DNA from: Pedosphaera sp.
GTDB lineage: Bacteria > Verrucomicrobiota > Verrucomicrobiia > Limisphaerales > UBA9464
Assembly: GCA_009695405.1 (NCBI GenBank)
Contig: SIAZ01000001.1
Coordinates: 1 to 34,792 of the forward strand
Direction of reading: 5' to 3'
DNA: 34,792 nt
Positions 1 through 7,182 of the stretch are shown here, one piece after another. Numbering within the stretch: the stretch's first letter is position 1; every line of letters starts with the position of its first letter. Position numbers and translations under genes: made by a program. The notes under the pieces are model-generated. The model was not told where the DNA came from. It worked only from the letters and a program-made list of their open reading frames with translations, and did no database searches.

Positions 1-55
1 TTCCAGATTTCAGCTTTGGCCGGACACCGGCAACCCCAGAAGACGGGCGAGTCTC

Positions 56-98
56 GGCCATAGGGCCGATTCCGCTCCGCTCCATCGGCCCTATGGCC
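56..98. repeat. Perfect 15-bp inverted repeat (hairpin) with 13-nt loop
   Basis: GGCCATAGGGCCGAT (56-70), tccgctccgctcc, ATCGGCCCTATGGCC (84-98). No flanking T-run. It lies just beyond the point where the intron RT frame ends. Confidence 0.7.
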
Positions 99-121
99 GG
101 GATCGTTGGTGTCCTAAACTT

Positions 122-1031
122 TTACAGACAAGAAGTTGCACTAGCCTCCCAGTTTCGGCTAAACCGAAATCTCAGGAAATGAACTTCGCTTGGTCTTCGG
201 ACTGCGCTCTTTTCGGTATTCACTTGCAATCGCAGTCGTTTCTCAAGGAAACCACTAATGCTGGCCATGACTCGATGCCTGGCACGCAGGCTACCCACAA
301 ATATATTGCAATCATTCGCATAACGCACAAAACGCAATCCTCGCCGCGCTAATTCCTCATCCAACTCATTCAGACCAACGTTTGATAATAGTGGAGAAAG
401 GGGTCCTCCTTGTGGAGTTCCTTCTTCCGTTGCCACCGACGTCTCGTCTGGCATCATCCCTCGCGCTGTCAGCATTCTCCCAATTAGTATCAGGACACGC
501 TTGTCCTGAATCTTCTCAGAAAGTTTAGCCAAAAGTTGTTGGTGATTCACCCGATCGAAGAATTTCGCCAGGTCAATATCCACAACCGTCGTCAGACCCG
601 CTTGCAGGTATTCACGCACTTGGGCAATTGCCGTTTGTGCGCCTCGCCCACGGCGGAATCCGTGACTGCTGTCATGAAACATCGGGTCGAAAATCGGTTC
701 CATCACTTGGAGAACCGCTTGTTGAACCCAACGGTCCACCACATTGGGGATACCCAACCCCCTTTAACCTCCGCCAAGCGTGGGTAACCAAACCCGACGG
801 ACTTCTCCGGGGCGATAACTCCCATTGAGCAATTCCCGGCGCAGTTGCGGCACCAGCGTGGCGTGATCTTGCTCCACTTCCTTCACGCTCCGGCCATCCA
901 CTACGGGGGGCTCCCTTATTCTGAACTACTTTGGTCAAGGCCACCTGGAGATTCATCTCCGAGGTGATTCATTCCATCAGCAGATCTACCTCTGCCGGTA
1001 CAGCTATGAAGCTCTCGAGTTCCTTGTCCAT
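122..1031 (-). pseudogene. Group II intron reverse transcriptase (LtrA-like), pseudogene
   Basis: The pieces read MDKELESFIAVPAEVDLLME*ITSEMNLQVALTKVVQNKGAP / (frameshift) VVDGRSVKEVEQDHATLVPQLRRELLNGSYRPGEVRRVWLPTLGGG*RGLGIPNVVDRWVQQA...FHDSSHGFRRGRG...TPQGGPLSPLLSNV...VRYANDCNIFV...FLRFRF. There is an in-frame TGA at 969-971 and an in-frame TAA at 764-766. A frameshift lies in the G6 run at 905-910. The catalytic YADD reads YAND (Asn codon at 314-316). The ORF ends right after RT domain 7. Confidence 0.8.
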
Positions 1032-1549
1032 GATTCTATGCAACCGTGACAATTCAACCCCCTTTGGGACGGGAGCCTCCTTGTTGCCGCCCCCTTGCGG
1101 GCTGTCGGCGAACATCCGTGACAGTTGTTCTGGCTTCATTGTTCTCAATCTCATGACTCCCTTCGTGCCACGGGCTTTCACCTGCTTCAACGCTACTACG
1201 AGATCATCCGACTTCTCTGCCAACCTCATCCGAGTGTCGTTGCCTTCACTCCGAATTACCCTGTCTCAAGGGATCAGCAGAGATCTCTTGGAGTAAGACG
1301 ATGCTCTTTCCTGTCTCCCTGTCCTCACTACCGAATGAACCCCTCGGAATATTGGGCGTTGTGTCTCGAAGCACACAAACCGGGTTCATCCTGCCTTACG
1401 AGGCTTCACTTTCGTTCAGGAATCCATTTTGTTTCCAACTTCCTCCCCACAGAACCTCGCGGTCCTGTAGTTGTTTTCAACTCGTGGTTGCCTTCCGAAG
1501 GCCCCACAGTGGTCTTCCACCGCCTAGATCATCATCATGTCCAACGCAC
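122..1549 (-). mobile_element. Degenerate, 3'-truncated group II intron (5' ribozyme domains plus broken intron-encoded RT)
   Basis: The minus strand reads GTGCG at 1549..1545, the canonical group II 5' end. About 500 nt of non-coding, structure-rich sequence follows (e.g. GGTGAAAGCCCGTGGCACGAAGGGAGTCA), then an RT reading frame with group II signatures. No maturase/X domain and no domain V/VI-like hairpin is visible downstream of the RT. The 5' boundary rests only on the GTGCG match. Confidence 0.6.
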
Positions 1550-1766
1550 TTCGGCTGCGCTCGACTCGCTCCGCTCCTCATCGCTTCGCCTCAGCCCGAA
1601 GGGGGAAAGCGGGATGGAAGAAGAACAATTTACAGAAAAACTTTTACACCGACTTGAAGATCACCTCCCCCACCTTCCATCAATCAGATCTCTCTTTCCC
1701 CAAATCCCCTAAAATCTTCTAATGATCTACTTCACCCCAATCGCCGACTTCAACTAGTCTTCGCCT

Positions 1767-3476
1767 ATGTGTTGGACTTGCTGCCTTCAGTTAACCCAAT
1801 TCCGCCGATCTCTTTTTCAGACCTTGAGCTCAGGGCTTCTTTTTGTCCTAGTTACTCTCCAAGCCTTCGGGGTGGATGCCACAACTTCCTCTCCATTAGC
1901 CTCTTCCAAAGGTCGTGAACTCTACATAAAAAACTGCTTTGCCTGCCATCAGATGAATGGCCGTGGTCTTTCTGGAGTGTTCCCTCCCCTCGCCGGATCG
2001 GACTATCTCACCAACGACATCGATCGCAGCATCCGAATCCTTGCCGAAGGCTTATCCGCTCCAATCACTGTCAACGGTCGACTCTACAATGGGATGATGC
2101 CTCCCGCGCTTCTCTCTGATAGTGATGTCGCCGAAGTCCTGACTTATGTGCTCAATAGTTGGAACAACGCCTCGGGTCCGGTGACGGTCGAACGGGTGAA
2201 ACGAATCCGTGCAACCACTGCTTTCCCTACCTTCGAAGACCTTCAACGAGCTAACCTGTATCCCCCCTTACCCGCAGCACCGGATGGTTTCGCCCTACGT
2301 GAGGTGGCCCGGTTACCCTTTAAACCTGTCCGTATCGCTAGCGACGGCACAGGTCGACTTCTTTATCTTCTCTCCGAAAGTGGAGATGTCTGGCGTTTGG
2401 AACCAGTCACCGGACGACTTCGATCTGTCTTCAAAGCCGAGACATATCTCGAACGTCGTGAAGGGGACATCGGTGGACCTCTCTTCGTCCTAGGAATGAC
2501 CTTCGACCGCGAAAAACGTCTCTATATTGCCTCAAACCAACAAAATAAAGCCACATGCCCTCACCAAAACATTGTAACTATCTACCGAAGTAACGGCATT
2601 CAAGAGGGAGATCCGTCCTTACTCAAACCTTGGTTTCAAACCAACTATCCGGGAAGTCCCTCTTATATTCACGCTGTCGAACACATCGCCTTCGGACCCG
2701 ATGGCTCTCTGTATGCCGGCAACGGCGGACGGACGGACGGAGGCCTCAGTAGCGCCGATGGTGACTGGTATGGCGGCGGTGAAACCCCCATCACCGGTTG
2801 CATCTGGCGCATCAATCCCGAAGTAAACTCGCCCACTTTAGAAGTCTATGCTCGAGGTACGCGTAATGCCTATGGTTTCTGCTGGACAGATCGTGGCGAT
2901 ATGTTCGCAACTGAAAATGGTCCCGATGCCGATGCCTGTGAGGAACTCAATCATATTGAACGTGGGCATCACTACGGATTCCCCTACCGCTTCGCTGACT
3001 GGACTCACAAAGCCTACCCAACATCACCTGATGCTCCATCGGGACTCGAATTTACCCTGCCCGTGGCCAATCTTGGACCCGATGGAGGCTTCGCGGGACA
3101 ACCCATTTACAGCTTTGACCCACACTCGGGCCCGGGAGGGATCGTTTTCCTCAACGACAGTTTTCCCGAGGGCTATCGCGGAACATTACTACTCACCCGC
3201 TTCGGTAACTTTATTCGAACCCCTAAAGACACTTCAGGCTTTGACCTGCTACGGGCCACTTTGCAGAAAAATGCTGCGGACAAATACGAAGCTCATGTTC
3301 ACACGGTTCTCAGTGGGTTAGGCCGCCCAATCGACATCCATCTTGGCGGCCCGGGAAAGCTCTTTTTGGCCGAATACTCTCGAGGAACTAACAGTTCAGA
3401 ATCTTACGGTCCTTCAGGACGTATCCTCGAACTCGCGGTTCGCCCCAAGAAAATAGCGACCCAAACAAAGCGCTAG
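1767..3476 (+). CDS. Secreted cytochrome c domain fused to a soluble glucose/sorbosone dehydrogenase-like (PQQ-type) beta-propeller
   Basis: Hydrophobic N-terminus (LLFVLVTLQAFG). CxxCH haem motif CFACHQMNG followed by GMMPP, as in class I cytochrome c. The C-terminal two-thirds has SGDH-like motifs (FGPDGSLY, RNAYGF, HHYGFPY, PGGIVF). The start codon is uncertain, with an alternative TTG a few codons in. Confidence 0.75.
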   Translation: MCWTCCLQLTQFRRSLFQTLSSGLLFVLVTLQAFGVDATTSSPLASSKGRELYIKNCFACHQMNGRGLSGVFPPLAGSDYLTNDIDRSIRILAEGLSAPITVNGRLYNGMMPPALLSDSDVAEVLTYVLNSWNNASGPVTVERVKRIRATTAFPTFEDLQRANLYPPLPAAPDGFALREVARLPFKPVRIASDGTGRLLYLLSESGDVWRLEPVTGRLRSVFKAETYLERREGDIGGPLFVLGMTFDREKRLYIASNQQNKATCPHQNIVTIYRSNGIQEGDPSLLKPWFQTNYPGSPSYIHAVEHIAFGPDGSLYAGNGGRTDGGLSSADGDWYGGGETPITGCIWRINPEVNSPTLEVYARGTRNAYGFCWTDRGDMFATENGPDADACEELNHIERGHHYGFPYRFADWTHKAYPTSPDAPSGLEFTLPVANLGPDGGFAGQPIYSFDPHSGPGGIVFLNDSFPEGYRGTLLLTRFGNFIRTPKDTSGFDLLRATLQKNAADKYEAHVHTVLSGLGRPIDIHLGGPGKLFLAEYSRGTNSSESYGPSGRILELAVRPKKIATQTKR

Positions 3477-3510
3477 CCCCAACCCGCTTGCATCACATAA
3501 TCCATCTTCC

Positions 3511-4134
3511 ATGAACGTCTTACCTGCCCCTTCTACAATGGGGCCAAAGGCGCAGCAACCTAAACGAGTCGGACTCTATGGCGGGTCCTTCGATCCACTC
3601 CATCTTGGTCATCTCTTAGTCGCCCAAGCCGCTTTCGAAGAAAATCAACTGGATCGTCTTATTTTCATTCCGACAGCCCGTTCCCCCTTCAAACCAAACT
3701 CTCTTCCAGCCCCAGCACCCCTTCGCGCCTCCATGCTCCGTCGAGCACTGGCCGGTATGCGACATTTCGAAGTCGACACTCTCGAAATTGAACGCGGCGG
3801 CATCAGTTATTCTATCGATACCGTTCGGACCTACCAGCAACGCTATCCGGACGCACAATTTTTCTGGTTAATCGGTGCTGATCATGTCGCGCAACTTTCG
3901 GATTGGAGAGAATCCGACGTCCTCGCTCAAGCGGTCACCTTCATTGTTATTCCGCGCCCCGGTCAATCCGAAACGACACGTCTACTTCCTTGGAAATTAG
4001 TCCAACTTCGTGGCTGGCCTCTAAAAGTTTCCTCTTCAGAAATACGAACCCGGATCAGCCAAGGTCTCCCAATTAGCCATCTCGTTCCCCCTACCGTAGA
4101 TGAAACCATCACTCTCGAAAAACTGTATACCTGA
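3511..4134 (+). CDS. nadD: Nicotinate-nucleotide adenylyltransferase
   Basis: GLYGGSFDPLHLGHL (the (H/T)xGH nucleotidyltransferase motif), the C-terminal SSSEIR motif, and a size of about 200 aa. An alternative start lies at the second Met (3538). Confidence 0.88.
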   Translation: MNVLPAPSTMGPKAQQPKRVGLYGGSFDPLHLGHLLVAQAAFEENQLDRLIFIPTARSPFKPNSLPAPAPLRASMLRRALAGMRHFEVDTLEIERGGISYSIDTVRTYQQRYPDAQFFWLIGADHVAQLSDWRESDVLAQAVTFIVIPRPGQSETTRLLPWKLVQLRGWPLKVSSSEIRTRISQGLPISHLVPPTVDETITLEKLYT

Positions 4135-4518
4135 CTCTCTCGAAAAACACTCATTCAAAACAGCCTCCTACTTAGCTCTTGGGTGAGATTTGGCTTCGCC
4201 CTCTTCGACCGCGGTCAGTGGGCTTCGTCGTCGGCTTTAATGTTGCCCACCACCCAGTGCGGTTCAGATTAATTGTAAAATAAACCGGTCTTCTGCAGTC
4301 TTCTTGTATCAAAGAACCTATCCGCTTTAGTTCTCTTCAATCACCCAATGACTCGCCTCAAATTCAACTTCTCTTCCCCTGCTCTAGTGAAAGGTTAACC
4401 TCAGCCATCGGGAAAAAGTTGAATAGTCGTAATAAAATTGGTCTGAATCGAAAGTGGCCAAGGGCTTCCTGCAATGAAAAGATCAAAATACAGTATTTAA
4501 CTTAGCTAATCCACGCAA

Positions 4519-6018
4519 ATGGCTTCCAAGACTCACCTAACCAATCCCGACGTCGTCCTCATCGGCAGTGGCGTCATGTCCGCCAATCTTGCAGCACTCC
4601 TCAAACGCCTCGACCCAAACCTCACCCTCCAACTTTATGAGGTCACCGACGGATTGGCACAGGAAAGTTCAGATGGCTGGAACAACGCTGGGACAGGCCA
4701 CGCCGGCATCTGCGAACTCAGCTACACGCCTAAACGCGAGGCGGACGGTTCGGTAAACGTCAACAAAGTAATCGAAATATTTGAGCAATTCGAACATTCC
4801 AAACAATTCTGGAGCTACGCCGTCGCCAACGGAATGGCAGATTGCCCCAAAGACTTTATCAACCCTGTTCAACACATTAGCTTTGTCCACGGCCAGTCAC
4901 AGGTTGATTTTCTAAAAGCACGGCACGCTGGAATGTCGGCACACCCTTTCTTCTCTGAAATGGAATACACAACGGACCGTGCCAAAATCGCAAAATGGGC
5001 TCCATTACTGCTCGATGGCCGCGGCGCGGTTCCAATCGCCGCTACCAAAATGGACACAGGCACCGATGTGAACTTCGGTGAAATCTCCCGCAAACTTCTC
5101 AATTGGCTTGGGAAACAGAAAGGCTGCGGCATCGCCTCAAGCCATCGGGTTGTTGATCTTAAAGAAAGCGGAACGGGTTGGGAAGTGCACGCCAAAGATC
5201 TAAAAACGGGCGAGGTTCGCATCAATCAAACTAAGTTCGTTTTTGTCGGTGCCGGTGGTGGCAGTCTACCTCTGTTGCAAAAATCGGGAATCCCTGAAGC
5301 CAAAGGTCTCGGAGGCTTCCCAATCGGCGGCCAATGGCTGATCTGCGACAACCCAAAAATTGTTAATCAACATCAAGCAAAGGTCTATGGCCAAGCGCTC
5401 GATGCCGCCCCCACCATGGCGGTCCCCCATCTTGATACACGGATTCTCGATGGGAAAAAGACCCTGCTATTCGGCCCATTTGCAGCGTGGACAACCAAGT
5501 TTCTTCACAAAAAAGGCAGCGTGACCGATCTCCCCTTTTCAGTGCGCCCCGATAACTTATCCACGCTCATTAAAATCGGGATCCACAATCTTGAACTCGT
5601 TCGTTACCTCGTCCAGCAAGGAACACAAAGCATGGCCGCCCGTATGAAAGTGCTGCATGTCTTTTATCCTGCGGCTCAGGCGAAAGATTGGAAATTAATC
5701 GATGCGGGCATCCGTGTTCAGGCGATCAAAAAAACCGACGGCGAGGCCGGTATTGTCCACTACGGTACCGAAGTCATTACCGACGCTAACTGCACTATTT
5801 CCGCGCTGCTCGGAGCTTCGCCAGGCGCATCGGTCTCAGTAAATATTGTCCTCCAAGTCATCAAGAAATGTTTTCCTCAACTGCTGGCGACTCCCGAAGG
5901 GCACGCGCGTATGAAGGCAATGATCCCAACCTACGACGAAGATATTAAATTACCGGTCCATGCCGCACGCTTTCGCGACGTGCAGCAAAAAACAAACAAA
6001 ATTCTCCAGTTACTCTAA
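4519..6018 (+). CDS. mqo: Malate:quinone oxidoreductase
   Basis: N-terminal FAD fold DVVLIGSGVMSANLAALLKRL, then WNNAGTGHAGICELSYTP and GASPGASVSV. The length of 499 aa is typical of Mqo. Confidence 0.9.
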   Translation: MASKTHLTNPDVVLIGSGVMSANLAALLKRLDPNLTLQLYEVTDGLAQESSDGWNNAGTGHAGICELSYTPKREADGSVNVNKVIEIFEQFEHSKQFWSYAVANGMADCPKDFINPVQHISFVHGQSQVDFLKARHAGMSAHPFFSEMEYTTDRAKIAKWAPLLLDGRGAVPIAATKMDTGTDVNFGEISRKLLNWLGKQKGCGIASSHRVVDLKESGTGWEVHAKDLKTGEVRINQTKFVFVGAGGGSLPLLQKSGIPEAKGLGGFPIGGQWLICDNPKIVNQHQAKVYGQALDAAPTMAVPHLDTRILDGKKTLLFGPFAAWTTKFLHKKGSVTDLPFSVRPDNLSTLIKIGIHNLELVRYLVQQGTQSMAARMKVLHVFYPAAQAKDWKLIDAGIRVQAIKKTDGEAGIVHYGTEVITDANCTISALLGASPGASVSVNIVLQVIKKCFPQLLATPEGHARMKAMIPTYDEDIKLPVHAARFRDVQQKTNKILQLL

Positions 6019-6118
6019 AGGGGGTCTATTACGAGTCTGGCGATTGCTCGAATATCACTCAGCGTTGACTTGTTATCGGGGGGCTTTAGAACCTCTTCTT
6101 CTAGCCACTTCTACTCTC

Positions 6119-6961
6119 ATGAAACCACCAAATATTAGGCCTATTATTCAGTTTTTATGCTCATTTAAGAGCTCGATTCATAAATTAAATTCAAGCATCA
6201 ACTCAGTGATCGCAGCAACGATTCTCTGTACCCTGGTTTCGGCCGATGACTCTCCAAGACTCGCTACCCAAGGTAGGTTACTGCGTCCGCCAGAGAAACT
6301 CGTCGTTCTCACCTTTGATGATTCGGTCGTGAACCACGCTACAATCGTCGCTCCACTCCTTAAAAAGTTCGGCTTTTCTGCCACCTTCTTTATCACCGAA
6401 GGCTTCGAATTTTTGACCAATAAAACGCACTATATGACTTGGGGCCAAATTAAAGGACTGCACGCGGCCGGTTTCGAAATTGGTAATCACACCCGCTATC
6501 ACCAAGGGGTTAACGGACAAACTGCCGAACAGATTGAAGCAGGAATTATCTACATCGAGGAACAGTGCGCGAAGCATCAAATTCCGCGACCAACTAGTTT
6601 CTGCTATCCGGGTTATGCGACAAGTCCATTGGCGGTAGAGGTGTTGCGCAACCGAGGATACAAGTTCGCCCGCGCCGGTGGTTCAACCGCCTTTGATCCA
6701 GTGAAGGATAATCCGCTGCTCATGCCACAAGTTTTCGATTCCAAGCCCGGGGTTACCTTTGCGCAGTTTACCTCCGCAGTCGCTGAAGCTAAGGATGGCA
6801 AAATTGCTGTGCTTACCTTTCACGGCGTTCCCGATCGTCAGCATCCTTGGGTTAATACCGAACCGGCCCAATTTGAAAAATATCTGACCTACCTAAAGGA
6901 ACACGATTGCACAGTGATCGCCGCACGAGATATGGCTAAATATTTGCCGAAATCTAAGTAA
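6119..6961 (+). CDS. Polysaccharide deacetylase (NodB homology / CE4 family), secreted
   Basis: VVLTFDDS (TFDD motif), GNHTRYH (H-x-x-x-H motif) and FHGVPD. The hydrophobic segment AATILCTLVSA suggests a signal or anchor. I chose the ATG at 6119 because the track ORF from 5960 overlaps the mqo 3' end and adds non-signal sequence. Confidence 0.75.
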   Translation: MKPPNIRPIIQFLCSFKSSIHKLNSSINSVIAATILCTLVSADDSPRLATQGRLLRPPEKLVVLTFDDSVVNHATIVAPLLKKFGFSATFFITEGFEFLTNKTHYMTWGQIKGLHAAGFEIGNHTRYHQGVNGQTAEQIEAGIIYIEEQCAKHQIPRPTSFCYPGYATSPLAVEVLRNRGYKFARAGGSTAFDPVKDNPLLMPQVFDSKPGVTFAQFTSAVAEAKDGKIAVLTFHGVPDRQHPWVNTEPAQFEKYLTYLKEHDCTVIAARDMAKYLPKSK

Positions 6962-7182
6962 ATTGCCCGCAAGCCCAAGAAAAAGTAGCCGCTGTAGCAG
7001 AAGTAAAATCACTGTCTCCGAGGTTGGAAAGAATGGAAAATCAGCCCGAAAAGACTGATGCTCCGCCACGCCCTTATCTCGAAAATTCTCGCTGGATAGA
7101 CAAACCTCTAGACTATGGGGCAATCGATGACCTCGGCCATTCGATCGGAACCGACGGGGATTGGAGTAATCCAAGTGAAGAC

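Noticed and set aside
764-971. In-frame TGA/TAA in the RT as evidence of stop-codon recoding
   Set aside because: TGA is used as a normal stop in this window, for example in the ATGA overlaps of mreC/mreD and mrdA/rodA and at the end of the response regulator gene. The RT also carries a frameshift and a truncation, so decay is the simpler explanation.
122-1031. Possibility that the RT belongs to a retron, DGR or defence-associated RT system
   Set aside because: The N-terminal NKGAP(G)VDG-type motif, the GG.RGLGIP block, the RYA(D/N)DCNIFV motif, and an upstream GTGCG start with a structured leader are all group II intron hallmarks. No msr/msd-like repeats, template/variable repeats or effector genes are adjacent. 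The gene is also clearly inactivated.
931-1722. Plus-strand ORFs 931-1296, 1125-1712, 1301-1657 and 1537-1722, and the first 66 codons of minus-strand ORF 969-1229
   Set aside because: They lie over the group II intron ribozyme region, have no recognisable motifs, overlap each other in several frames and have odd S/P/R/L-rich composition. They are best explained as chance ORFs in structured non-coding RNA sequence.
5960-6118. Long N-terminal extension of the deacetylase ORF starting at 5960
   Set aside because: It would overlap the last 59 nt of mqo and add about 50 residues with no signal-like or conserved character. The Met at 6119 precedes the hydrophobic segment.
6893-7174. Minus-strand 93-aa ORF in the deacetylase/receptor spacer
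   Set aside because: It overlaps the deacetylase 3' end, has no motifs and has an unusual R/L/F-rich composition. It is probably spurious. The 53-codon plus-strand ORF in the same gap is reported separately at low interest.
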